In this document: positions 36,601-49,005 of the stretch, in pieces | Layout of the letters: every line of letters starts with the position of its first letter | Numbering within the stretch: the stretch's first letter is position 1 | Source of the DNA: Takakia lepidozioides | Lineage: Eukaryota; Plantae; Bryophyta | Reading direction: 5' to 3' | Assembly (NCBI GenBank): GCA_030704615.1 | Contig: CM060731.1 | Location: 10,912,001 to 10,976,000 of the forward strand | Length of the DNA: 64,000 bases | Notes under the pieces: generated by a model | What the model was told of the DNA's origin: nothing | Seen by the model: only the letters and a program-made list of their open reading frames with translations | Databases searched by the model: none | Position numbers and translations under genes: made by a program

Positions 36601-39600
36601 ACAGCAGAAGGTGGGGGAGGCTAGGAAGGATAAGAAGAGGTGAGGCAGCAACCCTTACTCCACTAGTGGGTCTCTGAGATCAGCTGCAACCTTTCAACTG
36701 CTTTCTGAACAGGACTCTAGCAGAAGAGAAACAAATAAAGAAAGAGAGAGACAGAAATGAAGAAAGGGTGGCTAGAAGGCCCATGTTACAAAAGTACAAC
36801 AACGAGGAACCACTTAGTGAATATCATTAGACGCCCAAACGTGACGTGCCTTATGCAGGCAGGCTGTCGGATACTGTGGGTCCTCCAGGCTTAGAGCTCC
36901 TTCCAAAGACTCGGAGTCTCTAAGGAGAAAATAGTGTCTTTGTAGTATGCAGGACACAAGAAGAAGAAATAATACCCATGTCTATACTTCCTGGGATGTA
37001 CCGATATTAGCCATGGCAGACATTTTACTCCAACAGCCTGTCTCAATTTACTGGCTGCGAGAAACTCTGAAGGGGCCTAAGGACCCTCGTGAGACATACA
37101 GAGAGCTTCCCCAGAGAGGTAGGAGGCCATGATTATAGTTGTCCCGGATGAGGAGGAAAGTCTCTTTGTAAGAGTCACAGTTTGGTTGGAGCTGTTGTTC
37201 AGGTCCCCAAGGTCTTTGCACATTATCATCCTGAGATCTACTCGGATGAGTGAATTCCTGGCATTGTTTGTAAGACTGACCTCTACTGGTGGATTAGAAG
37301 GTGGCAGGATCTTTGGCCAAATATTGTATGTCTGAGGAACTTGCCCATTCTGTACCAACAGGGCTTGCCATACTGTGTGGTAGGCGCTGAGATCCTTGGT
37401 AGCCAGTGGCATGGGAAGGACTCGATACACTGGAGGATTGGTGACCCTGAAGACTGCCTCTTATTTGACAGTGATGGTGTGGAAGTCAGTCCACAGTATC
37501 TTGAATTACATTGGTCGCTTTGCTCCAATCATCCACCGTGGGAAATAAACTTATCTTGTTTTTTGGCAATGTGGTTGTTATTGGTAAGAAGAGGTAGTCT
37601 CAAGTTCTCCCAGAGAGTGAGCATGTAGATGTGAATTGGTATTTGAGACCATCTGATAAAAGTGGCCTCCGCTGATGGAGTGCAGGTATTTGGTGCTGGC
37701 CAATATGTTGATGGAATCTGAGGTCAATCCATTTGATGGCCAGGAGGCCAAACCGTAAGTACCTTCTATTTATCCAGTTTTCCTGAAGCCAGAAAAGGAC
37801 AACTAAGAAGCATTGACAACACAAATGGCAATACCGTGTTGTAGAAGAATTTACAGCCTCCTAACAGAAGGCTCTAGCCTCAACGAGTCAAGGAGGCTTT
37901 TAAGTTGTGCTCTTTCCGGTATTCTTTACTAGCTTTAGTACGGAATTATTGACCTGCATATGTTGTTTTTTCTACCTCATAGTAAGTTTTATTGTGGTTC
38001 TTAATGCAGTTTCTGAGTCATACTCCATTGCTAGCACTATTACGTAGATCTGCTAGGCACAAATGCCTAAGAGAGAGAGAGAATGCACTCATAAGACGTT
38101 TGCCGTAGTGGGACAAAAATGAACAGACACTATGTGAGGGGCTCACTGCAGTAGTGGGACTTACCTTGATATAAACAATTAGTTTGGGCTTTCCAGATGT
38201 CTTCTCGAAAGCCGTTCACACAAGCATCAATCTGCTGTGTGTGAGAGCTGCCCAGCAATTAGACCCCAACAGGGCCAGAACTTTAGGCTCAGCCATTTCA
38301 AAGTTGGTGAAGAGAGGTGCAGGGACAATGTTCCTGGGGGACCTGAAGTGGGGTCACCCTCTGGTGAGATACCCCGGACAATGTATCAGGAAATGGATAT
38401 TGTCTTCAGGCTGCCTGCACATCGGGCAAGAGAGAGAGAGAGAGTATATAACACCCACATGGGGCCCATGAGACAAAGTAGAACAAGACTAATCGCTTCA
38501 GAAAACATAGAGCATGAAGAGAGAGGAGAAAGGAGTTAATTATGTCCACAGTCCCCAAGTCTGGTGTCCAATGATTAGTGTTATCTTTCCCCTAATGAAC
38601 TGGATCACATGGTTTGCAAGGATGAGTTCCAGCCATTGTTTTTTCATTTAATGCACTTCTGATGCAGGTATAAGAATGACCCAGAGATTCTAGCGATGAC
38701 AAATCTGGTCGCTGCATACCAACGAAATGAGATCCTTGAGTTTGAGAAAATTTTGAAGGTATAATATCTTAGGTGCCTGACTTCGATCGGTGCAGTTGGG
38801 CCACATATTGCTATAAGCTTCATAGACACTTTGGTTGGATTAATCCTGATATGTAGAAACGAAGATGCAAGTGGAAACCAGTGTAAATGAGCCTTAGCTT
38901 TCTGTCTGCAGGTTTACAGGGTGACTGAAGGTCAAATCTGTTGCTCTTTAGACTTCCATGTGAATTATCAACTCCCAAAAAGCACTGTAGCCTGCAATGT
39001 AGAAGAAAATTTGAATGTAGATCTACATGTTACACAAGTGGGTGTGACAATATTTATGGCTGCAGCCTGGGGAGGTTCACTGAGTCTACTGTGACATGGG
39101 TGCATTACAGAGCAACCGGAAAACTATAATGGACGACACCTTTATTCGAAACTATATTGAGGACCTGCTTAGAAAAATTCGCACACAAGTCTTGTTGAAG
39201 CTCATCAAGCCCTACACCCGTATTCGAATCCCATTCATCTCAAAGGTATGAATGTAGCTTCAGTCTTTCATCATGAGTGAAACCCTGCAACAAGTTGGGG
39301 GAAGAGTAGTTTTGAGCAGGGCATACAGTTGCAGAGAACAGCTATGAGATTGTATCCTTCCATGCTCGTCCCTCAAACTAGGGTTTAAGTGGAAGTTACA
39401 AAGTTTTGTTCTGTCTATCCTTTTCTGTCACCAATTCCAGTCGTACTACCGGTGTCAGCCCTGACAAAGTTAGTTTCTGTCCCTTTTGTGTTCCGCTCAA
39501 ACTGGGCGCGGGCTCAATGGTACGGCAAACAACGTCTTATGAGTACATTCTGTCACCAATTTCAGTTTGTGGTAACAAAACTGCAGGAGCTCAACATTCC

Positions 39601-40122
39601 TGAGAAGGACGTGGAGCATCTACTGGTGTCTCTGATCCTGGACAATCGAGTGCACGGCCACATTGACCAGGTCAACCAGTTGCTGGAGCTGGGTGACCGG
39701 TATGACTTTCATTCTCTGCCTGTATCTTTGTTGCATGGTGGAGGTCCAAGTTTGCAATTAACTACCAAGTAGTGTGGTTTCCCTCACTGACCTGCGGTCT
39801 TTAGGCTTTGCTTCCACCAAGAGAAACAGTTCAGTGGTCATTGTGAACACCGCAGTTTGTCCTGGGTTCAAATCCATGGTCTATGGTGGAGGTGGGACTG
39901 CTGTTGGAGGGGCCTTGAGCAACAAAATGAACTAGGTGCATTATAAGTCTTCATTCAAGGAGGCAGTAGGGTGGTGGTTCCTGGCTGAAATATATCTGAT
40001 GAAAAATTTGCTGGTGTGTGCATGTTTTCAGGTCAAAGGGACTTAAGAAGTACACAGCAATTGACACATGGAACACACAACTCAAGTCCCTTTACCAAAC
40101 GGTGACTACCAGGATTGGTTGA
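27650..40122 (+). CDS. CSN2: COP9 signalosome subunit 2; exons 27650-27659, 28157-28249, 28654-28732, 29376-29616, 34770-34844, 35362-35496, 36124-36311, 37686-37754, 38668-38758, 39111-39245, 39587-39699, 40032-40122
   Basis: Spliced product [111 protein letters not shown]. All introns are GT-AG and the frame is intact. Confidence 0.97.
29741..34592 (+). mobile_element. Near full-length APE-RT non-LTR retrotransposon (RTE/RTEX-like, single long ORF now disrupted) in CSN2 intron 4; 18-bp TSD
   Basis: APE motifs ATFN..QETW..GVGF..VYMP..LGDFNA..VDYI..SDH. RT motifs [48 protein letters not shown]-terminal [35 protein letters not shown] at 29723-29740 and 34593-34610. Confidence 0.93.
30526..30937 (+). 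repeat. 141-bp (47-aa) in-frame tandem repeat, ~2.9 copies, upstream of the LINE endonuclease
   Basis: GQ..PKC.E..R...[22 protein letters not shown] starting at 30526, 30667 and 30808. Confidence 0.95.
34611..34674 (+). mobile_element. Short 3'-end copy of the same LINE (older insertion at the same site)
   Basis: CGCTCAAACTGGGCGCGGGGTCAATGGCCACAAG.CTACGGCAAACAACGTC.TATGAGTACA, followed by a third copy of TCTTTCTCTCCAAT (34675-34688). Confidence 0.9.
36900..37600 (-). mobile_element. Old LINE 3' remnant in CSN2 intron 7
   Basis: Degenerate FRVS..IETG.W...LLLCPAY, typical of LINE C-termini. Confidence 0.45.
38083..38427 (-). mobile_element. 5'-truncated copy of the intron-4 LINE family, inserted in a (GA)n tract in CSN2 intron 8
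   Basis: The reverse complement aligns to ~34215-34590 (e.g. CACACACAGCAGATTGATGCTTGTGTGAA). It is flanked by AAGAGAGAGAGAGA at 38069-38082 and 38428-38441. Confidence 0.85.
39442..39547 (+). mobile_element. Short 3'-end copy of the LINE family in CSN2 intron 10
   Basis: Aligns to ~34477-34592. TSD TTCTGTCACCAATT at 39423-39436 and 39548-39561 (19 bp with one mismatch). Confidence 0.88.
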
Positions 40123-41311
40123 TTTGTTAGACGCTTATGTGTTGATGTAGAAAGCTAATAGAGGCTGCATTGCACAAGCCCCGTTGTGATCTGTTAGGTG
40201 ACCACAGCAGTGCCCGCTCCATCTTTCCTGAGATCCCTGGGTGAACAAGTGTATATCAGGGCTGTCCAGGTATTCTCTTTCTTCGATTTGTATATTTGAG
40301 TTACATCTGCCTGGGTTGGTTCCTCACTGGTATAGGTTACCGTTGTTTTGTATTGTTCTGATATCAAGAGAGTACCCCCATCCCCGCACACACAATCCTT
40401 GAAATAAAGGAAGGGATACTTGTTCCGATTCTCCTAAGTGAGACAGAAATGGAACTACAATCCATGAAAATGATGTGCAGTTTCACATGATTCTGAATGG
40501 AAGTATTTGTTGACATACATTTCAAAGAACGCGAAGGAAAAGTAATGTGATCAAACCAGATTGGAAGGTGGTCAGCTATCTGTTCTCTTAGAGTATGCAA
40601 GGATTTTTCCTCGTCTGCTCCTGAAATGATCTTCAAATTGTGGCATTTCTCTTTTTTCATGCCAAAGACTTAAAAGTTCTTCCTCCCGTCCTTGGTTTGT
40701 GAAACACATTGTATCCATTATCATTCCAACTTATTTGGTTCAAGAAAAGCAAGGGTATATAGTATATGCCCATATATTGCGTAGTATTCTCTTTCTCTCT
40801 ATAGAGAAGGTCATTACACATTTGATCAAAGAATGCTGGAATATGGATGCTCTCTAATGCTTGAAAATTTTGATCATGACATAGAGAAGTAGAAACACAG
40901 TGCCAGCAACAAAAGAACATCAGTGGTTCCTGGGGGGACCTGGTTCCAGCCTAAGCACAACCTGCAATACAGGCTTGCTGGGGCTGAACCCTCTTCTGAG
41001 TTTTAGGTGAGGCCTAAGAAACAGAGGGGTGGTGCACATTTCAAAAATTGAGGAGGAAGGACCTTTCCTGTTTGATTGAAAACATAGGGACCCTCCAGTT
41101 TTCCAAAGTACAATCCCAAATTGTTTCCCAACCCGAAAAAGGTGGCAAAGAGTGGAAAAATGCAGTTCTGGGTCGGTCTGCCTGGTCTACTCAAATCTTA
41201 TCGGACAAACAATTAGGAATGCAATGAGGTTCTGTTATCTAACCCTGAACCAAGCTTTGAATTAGTGATCAGTCTACTAGATTTTCAAGATGCACAAAAT
41301 TTCCTTGTAAC

Positions 41312-44066
41312 TCAAACGCCATTTACTGCCTTCCGTGTATAACTTGACCGGAGCTCCGCAACAAACTTTTGCAGGTTCCTTTGCACTGACCCGCCCTCCG
41401 CAACTGCTTTCATTGCCAAATCTCTCAACTGCTCAACATTCCTTCTAGCAGCTCTTCCCTCGGGCTCATTCATCAGAGACCTCACAGACCTGGCCACCTC
41501 CTCTTTTGCCACCATGCCATCTGAGCCTTTGCGGACGTCAATGGCGGCCTTGGCCTCGTCGACAAGAAACCTGCAGTTGTTGACCTTCCAAATTAGAGGT
41601 GTTGTACTACAATATAACGATATAGAGATATAGTAATCAGTAGAGAGATACAACATTATACTAGGGACTCCGCCAGATCTATATGTCAATACCATGATCA
41701 TCCTATAATATTCATCCACTTAAAAACGATAGGCTTCGGGATCATGAAGTGACCACCAGTCAGTAGCTCAGTTGGATACCTGCAGTTCATCTGCTGATCT
41801 GCCTGGATTGGCCATCCCAGCATTGGCACGCCACGGCAAATGCTCTCCAAGATCGAGTTCCACCCACAGTGGGTCAGGAAGCCACCAACAGCTGGATGTG
41901 AGAGCACATTGAACTGTGGGACCCACCCATTGAGAACAAGTCTGCTTCCCTCTGTACGTGCCTGGAAACCTTCAGGGAGCAAGGAATGGTTCTCAAATCC
42001 TTTCTCAGGTTTTGGTAGCCGGACCACCAAAAGAAATCGCTGGTTGCTTGCCTCGAGTCCCAAAGCCAGTTCATGGATTTGTTGTAGTGAGAGAACAGCA
42101 ACAGTTCCAAAGGAAACAAACAGGACAGAAGATGCAGGTTGTGTATCCAACCATTCGAGGCATGGGTCTCTCCATTGTCTAGGACTCTTGCCGGGCACAG
42201 CATCAGAAATAGAAGTGCTGAAGTATTCAGAGGGCAGCAATGGGCCAACTGGCAGAATACTTATACGATGGGACACCTGTGCACATGGTATCAGCAGCTT
42301 ATGTTTCCAGCAGAAGATGGACATTGCAACATAGTTTATCATAACTCTAGAGGATTGAAAGCAGATGCAAGCACCAAATTATATTTCCTTTCTTTTTCTG
42401 TTCAGATTATTTGAAGTGATTCTATGTGAAGAAACAGAATACAAGCAAGTGCTCAAAAATGATATCCTTGAGAAATGTTTCACCACTTTTACATAGTACA
42501 GCCTATTCAAATTTGAATGTGCAAGCAATTAACAATATAGCAAGTGGAAAATTTCTAAACGCTAGTATTTACAAGACACGAGGGAGATTGTTGGATAACC
42601 TTCATGTTTTTGTTGCAGTATGTTTGAGTTTGTAGGACATCAATGCATAATGGTTCAAGCTCGTAGAAGCTGTTCAGAAGTACCCCTGTGGCTTCAGCCA
42701 TGCGTTCGGCATTATCCATGAAGAACTGGTATTCCAAATTGGAGGCATCTAGGAGAGGTGAAGGCAGATCTGATATGAGTGTGGGTGGAACCCCCGGGAT
42801 ATCGTACACAATTTCTGCACCTTGTGACGGCTCTGCAGGCAATCTCCCTTGAGCAACAAGGATGGGACTGTGCAGGAAAATAGATAACGCATTTGCTGGA
42901 GATGGAAACATGACATATCTTGGTATCTTGAACTTGTTCGCAACATCCTGTGGTGCCCAGCCAAGTTAGTAGTTTTTCCACCATTGCAAAGAATATCATA
43001 AGCTTGCTCATCTAGTATAATAGTTCAACTCTAATCTCATGACGGAAACCCACAGACAGAAAAATGCTGGGCCATGATATCTCTACGGTGGATAATGGAG
43101 AGACTTCCAAAAGCGCTGCCATCTGCTTCCCGAAGTACAAAGATATATTGAAGATGTACTTACATACTGTACATCTAGGGCCTAAGCCCAGGAATGCTAA
43201 ACTTCTTCGGCCGAAGCTCCTGGAGTTGGGTCTCCACAAATCGAGCGTTCCCTTTCGCGGCCAAAACTTATGCCGTGTACGTGCAATGTAAGCGAATGCG
43301 CCGCTTTGATCTTCGAGGGTTGGGCCGTCTAGTGTAAAGGGGTTGGGCCTAATTTCAAGCTGTCGGGCAATAGGAACGCTCCTCTTTTTTATATTGGTCT
43401 TGGCCTTGGGCCTAGTGTAAAGTGCCTACTTCGCAGTTTTCCAATGCGGGCTTTCCTCGGGCACTGGCGAGGAATGAGTCCCCTCAGGCCCGGCTTCATC
43501 CATGCAAAATTCCCTTTTCAATGTTCAGTGTAGATCTATCATCAAACACCTTTCAAAATGGGCAGCAGCTCAAATGCCGTAAGTTCTTTAGCTGGCATCC
43601 CTCAGATGGAGCACTGCGAAAACCTATCCTGTATGGGTTGCAGCTGGGGAAAGAAGCTTGCCTGTGTCCACCCCATAAACATGTCGCTGATAATGCAAGT
43701 CGGGGGCACTGCCTCATTCTCAGTAGTCAACTTCTCCAGCAACTCTTCAGTCACACCCTCCAGGCCATGCACATGCTTCACGAATGGCAGCGCTCGATCT
43801 CCGGCTGTATGCACTGGTTGGCCTCCTAGCCCTACTATACGTATGCAATCAAGGCCGCTAAATGTATTGAAGACTTCTTGGGACATATGATTGAATACGT
43901 TGACAAATGTAATGGTGACTCCAAGTGCAGATAGTTGTTGCGCGAAATGAAGCAGTGGAAGGCTGTGACCTTTGGCAGGATAAGGTAGCATCACTGCATG
44001 CAATCTCTGTCTAGAGTCCTTTTCGTATGCTGTCTGAGGCGCAGTAGACATGTGTGGGGGTGTCAT
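41312..44066 (-). CDS. Family-1 UDP-glycosyltransferase; exons 44066-43662, 42947-42600, 42276-41780, 41570-41312
   Basis: HAVMLPYPAKGHSLP, CIISDMFMGW, LNSFYELE, CLEWLDTQPASSVLFVSFG, and the PSPG box WVPQFNVLSHPAVGGFLTHCGWNSILESICRGVPMLGWPIQADQ. Intron 1 is GC-AG. Confidence 0.95.
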
Positions 44067-44334
44067 CTTGTTCGATGGATAAAGCTAGCACCTGCATGTT
44101 CAAGGGACAAGTCACCAAAAGAACAGTGTACCAAAAGATCTCAGCAGTGTATCTCAAATCTAGTGACTATGAAGAGATGTGTAGTGGCAAATCTGTGCCC
44201 TCTCACAAACCTAGATAAGAGTTATGATTACATGCGTAAAGAGAGTTTACAAAGGTCAGGATAAAGTTTGAAAATGTCGAGGAAATTAAAGCCCAAAGAG
44301 CGTTGACGTCGGGTGGGGTTGGGGGGGGGGGGCG

Positions 44335-44985
44335 CGCTCAGTTTGTTAGTAGCAACAATGTTCTAGAGACATTGAGAATGTCCGTGAGGAGGACGATGAT
44401 TGACCGCACCACGAAGTCTTCACTTTGCAATTTTTCGAGACCAGTATACACGCATTTACACTAGAAGGTCAGTATGGCTACTCCTCGGCTACTCCCTTCA
44501 ATAACCACTACTAATCTTACCAAATTCCCAGTTTTACTGGTAAAGACAAGTGATCCTGCAGTTTGTGACCTTGTGAAAGGTCTTGAACATCAAGCTAAGG
44601 TCTAAACTTTGGTTTGAACACTAAGGTCTCCACAGCATATTCACCAACCTTGAGACACAGAGAACTGGTTTTCTTCTTCGCTCAGTTTGTTAGTAGCTAC
44701 AGTGGTATGAAGACAATCTCTGGAGGCAATTTCTGGATATCAGCATACACGCGTTTACACTAGAAGGTCAGTATGGCTACTCCTCGGCTACTCCCTTCAA
44801 TAACCACCACTCACCTTACCAAGTTCTCAGTTTTAGTGGTAAAGACAGTTTATGACCTGTGAAAGGTGATCTTGAAGACCAAGCTAAGGTCTAAACTTTG
44901 GTTTGAACACTACGGTCTCCACAGCACATTGTTCAAGGTCTGAAACCCCGACCTTGAGACACAGAGACTAGTTTTCTTCTTCGCT
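44335..44985. repeat. Imperfect ~300-345-bp tandem duplication upstream of the UGT
   Basis: CGCTCAGTTTGTTAGTAGC at 44335 and 44679. TTTACACTAGAAGGTCAGTATGGCTACTCCTCGGCTACTCCCTTCAATAACCAC and later blocks also occur twice. Confidence 0.9.
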
Positions 44986-45679
44986 CTTCCAGCTGATAAA
45001 TTCCTGTACCAAGAACACATACACCACTGGAGGTAGTAGGAGACTTCTGCTCCTGGGACAGTCAATGCTACTCACCAAAGTCTTCTGCTCACGTGAAGAA
45101 CTACAGGTCGCAAGCCCCAGCTGTAGCAACCCAATCCAAGTGCGAGGGGCAGCAAGCCACCTCCAGAAGTCACAGCCAAGGTGCAGGCACCGGCGGGAGC
45201 TAAGTCCTACAAAACCTCAAGCGAAAGCGCAATCACAGCAAAGGCAAAAATGGCAGCAGCGCAGAGAGCGGCGAGGCAGGCTCAGTCCCGAAGTGCTCTT
45301 TAGGCTCAGCCCTACATTAGTTGAGTGGAAAGGGCGTTCTACCGATTCTACCGTTCTACCCCCGGTTCTACCATATCAGTGCGATGTAGTAGGCGGAGTG
45401 AGCGGGATTTGCATCCTCGTGGCCCCCAGCACCAAGCGACGGTTCTAATTGAACGAGAGATGAACATCCTTAGTGGTAAAGCTCAAGACAATAATTCATC
45501 CAGTTAGGGATTATATCTCGCATTTTTTCATCTGGTATGGATGAAATTCAAAACATATTCCATTAGGGGATTAGAAAGAAGGTATTTCCAAACCAGGTAG
45601 GCTTAGGAAAAAAATTGTTAATCCCAAACAGATAATTGGAGAGAGGGAGAGAGGGGACACTCACATATCATGCGATCCG

Positions 45680-46319
45680 CGCATCACGCTGACGTGGCAG
45701 GTCTTGATTGCGTAGGAGGAGGCCTGCTATTTCCTGTAGCATGTGCCCTTCTTTTCATCTGTCCTAGGTGTGTCCTTTATGATGTGACAGGGCTGAAAGA
45801 CCTACTCAGCAGGTCACTTTATGACCTTCTCCATCATTACGTCCTCTAGCGCACTGGAGCGCGACCTCTACGCGCAGTAGCAGGTCGCTGTGACTGGCTC
45901 GACGCTACCACAAGGGAGGTTGGCTTTTCAATAATTGTACGATGCTGTACGTATATACGTAATGCACTGCCGTGCGCATCACGCTGACGTGGCAGGTCTT
46001 GATTGCGTAGGAGGAGGCCTGCTATTTCCTGTAGCATGTGCCCTTCTTTTCATCTGTCCTAGGTGTGTCCTTTATGATGTGACAGGGCTGAAAGACCTAC
46101 TCAGCAGGTCACTTTATGACCTTCTCCATCATTACGTCCTCTAGCGCACTGAAGCGCGACCTCTACGGGCAGTAGCAGGTCGCTGTGACTGGCTCGACGC
46201 TCCCGCGTCTCGCCACGCACAGCTCCTGCTACGGCCCGTAGCGGCGGCGCTCCACGGCAGTGCATTACGTATATACGTACAGCATCGTACAATTATTGAA
46301 AAGCCAACCTCCCTTGTGG
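45680..46319. mobile_element. 412-bp element with perfect 67-bp TIRs (45908-46319), preceded by a near-identical copy of its first ~227 internal bases (45680-45906)
   Basis: CCACAAGGGAGGTTGGCTTTTCAATAATTGTACGATGCTGTACGTATATACGTAATGCACTGCCGTG and its reverse complement at ~46253-46319. No TSD. Confidence 0.85.
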
Positions 46320-46869
46320 GCCCGGTAAACATGAGGTAGTAGGAAGGCAGAGTCCAGACTCTTATTTACGCTTTCTGCCACTACAACGTACGCCTCTTAT
46401 TTTGCAATAATAAGGGTCATGAACGCACGCGTGCGAGAAGGACGGTGGGCCCCTCGTCCTGACGAGGGGCGCCCCCCCCCAACCGCGCCCACCCGCCCGC
46501 CGCTGCCCGCGGTCGCCCACGCCCGCCGCTGCTGCCGCGGTTGCACCAGCCGCGGCTGCCCCTCCCGGGGCTCTGTGCACCGGCCTGACCGCTGCGGCCG
46601 CTCCGCTGGGGTGGGTCCGCTGGGGCTAGTCCGCTGCGGCAGGTCCGCTCCCTGTAGTCCGCCTGTCTGTGTGTCCGCCCGCCCGCCCGCAAGATCTGGG
46701 CCGTCCACGACGAATCCCATCATAGCCCTCCAATTTAGGGCCTTATCTCTGCCGCCTGCCATCTGCCACCAGCTGTAAACGTGGGTCCTGTTCTCCGTGC
46801 ACGTTTTCCATCGTGTCCTGCGGTGCTTTCGTTGCAGGTTCTTCTGGAGCGTGTGTTCTGCACTGTACA

Positions 46870-47765
46870 GGGCATGGACGTAGGAGCGGAAGCCGACGAC
46901 ATTCAGCAATTTGAGAGTCGGCTTATACGCCCTCTTCGACAAAGTCTGCAAACACCGAAACCAGGACCTTTCAACAATAAGGATATCCATTGGAAGTGTG
47001 AAACGCAATATGGGTTTAGGGGGGTGCAAGTGCGTGTTAAAAAGACATGTATACCTTGGGATAGAGTTGCGGACTTCGTCCATGGAGAGGAGAGTGTGGA
47101 GGACTGCCCCACTCAATATTGGGTACATGTGCACAGTAAAGTGGACGCCGGAGTGCGGAAAGCTCCCAGAGAGAACACCTTCTTGAGCAGTATCATGTGT
47201 GCACCATCCTCATTGTGGTTTAGGGATGTCACTGCATTGTTGTTGTGATTTATATTTGTCTCCGACTGTGGCTTCCATAAGTCCATAGGTTGATATTTTG
47301 GCTTTTGAATTCCATTTGATAGGTATCAATGCTGCTACGGACCCGACGACAAGCGCACGGTCAATGCAACTGTCGAGGATCCAAAACAAAAGCATGGAGG
47401 TCCGGATGTGGGTGCTGGCACTAAACACCCGCATAAAGGCCCAAGAAGGAAGAAGTCGGACTACGGAGAGTCGTACAAACGCGGGTGCATTTGTTGTTTC
47501 AAAGTGCAGCAATCTTATCTTGCCCCGGACATTTGTGTCCACACATACTACAACAACATGGAGCACGTCGATGCCCTAGGGAAACCCTCCCATGGCAAGA
47601 CCGCAAAGTTCAGGAACACACAGGCAGCCTACGCACCCCGCATTAGCGAGGAATTGAAAGCCTGGGTCGTTGAGTGTTTGTGCCGAGGCCTCACGGTCGC
47701 ACAAATCATGATGGAACACAAGGAGCATGTCATGAATAACAGAGGTTTGGGAGATGCATGGACAC
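46870..47765 (+). pseudogene. N-terminal part of a MULE/SWIM-type transposase-like gene (two exons, intron ~47196-47322), 3'-truncated
   Basis: IPWDRVADFVHGEE..CPT..|YQCCYGPDD..KRGCICCFKV..HVD..G.PSHG..YAPRISEELK..GLTVAQIMMEH resembles the N-terminus of plant SWIM zinc-finger MULE-related proteins. Confidence 0.7.
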
Positions 47766-48900
47766 GTGCGCAGGGGATCAACGGTTCGAGGAGAACCACG
47801 TGGCGCACGATTGGGAGTGGGGGATCACTCCCGCCCTGGGTGGGGGATCAACCCAGTTGCGGGGGATCGCGCCTCCGATGGGATGAGGGGATCGACGGCG
47901 GGGGAGTGCCACGTGGCGGTGCGCGTGCCATGTGGCCTTCATCCGGCCGTCCATCCACTGCGCGGAGGATGGCGGGAGGATGAGGGGCGGATGACCCAAA
48001 ACATCCATTGTTTTGAGGTTGGATGGATGAGCAGGGGATCGACGGTTCGGGGGAGCAGCACGTGGTGGGCGATTAGGGGTGGGGGATCACTGCAGGTCCG
48101 GAGTGGGGATCAAGCCAGGTCGGGGGGAGCGGCGACGTGTTGGGGGATCGCGCCGTGGATGGGAAGTGGGGATCGGCGGCGGGGGGAGCGCCACGTGCCG
48201 TCCAATGGGTGGAGGGGGATCAGACACTGCATTGGACGGGGGATCAACCGAGGGGGGGGGGGGACGTGTCGGGGGATCGGGCCATCGATGGGAAGAGGGG
48301 ATCAACGGCGGGGGGAGCGGGAGGATGGCGGGGGGATGAGAGGCGGATGACACACAACATCCACTGTTTGTGAGGTCGGATGGATGCGCAGGGGATCGAC
48401 GGTCTGGGGGAGCCGCACGTGGCGGGCGATTAGGCACTCCCAGTCCGGAAGGGGGATGAAGGCACGTCGGGGGGAGCGGCGACGTCTCGGGGGAGCGCGC
48501 CGTGGATGGGAGGAGGGGATCGATGGCAGCGGGAGCGCCACGTGGCGATGGGTGCGTCATGGGGCCTTCATCCGGCCGTCATCCATTCAATTGAGGTTGG
48601 ATGGATGGGGAGGGGATCGACGGTTCGGGGTAGCGCCACGTGGCTAGAGATGGGGTGGGGGATCACTCCGGCACTTGAAGGGGGATCAAGCAGGTGAGGG
48701 GATCCACAACGGAGGGCCGCCACGTGGCTGGAGATTGGGCGGTGCTTGGGGCGCCGCGCGCCCAGCGGTGGGGCGGGGGTCAGGGGTCATGGGTGGGCAG
48801 GGGTGGGGGGGGGGGGTCAGGGGGCCACGGGGAGCAGCGGGCGGAGGGGTCGAAGGGGGGTGGGGATGATTTGACATGGGGCCTCCAGCTCGCCGACGAG
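47766..48900. repeat. G-rich degenerate repeat array (GGGGATC / CCACGTGG motifs)
   Basis: Many GGGGATC(G/A)ACGG and CACGTGG units, with ~350-bp higher-order similarity (GGCGGATGAC.CA.AACATCCA.TGTTT.TGAGGT.GGATGGATG at ~47986 and ~48342). Confidence 0.8.
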
Positions 48901-49005
48901 GCTGCTGGAGCGGGTTCCCGGCTGTACCTCGCGGGCCGTACCCGTCAGCTCACATGCTTGCCATAAAATCAAGCCACATCCATATTGGGACCGGGATGAC
49001 CAAGG

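Noticed and set aside
46332-46343. TGAGGTAGTAGG, identical to the 5' end of animal let-7
   Set aside because: Only 12 nt, no precursor hairpin, and a plant context; chance match.
46448-46480. CTGACGA as a hammerhead ribozyme core
   Set aside because: No GAAA follows stem II; it is a simple hairpin.
47754-48966. Many Gly/Arg/Pro-rich ORFs (also 637-1374)
   Set aside because: By-products of G-rich repeats that lack stop codons.
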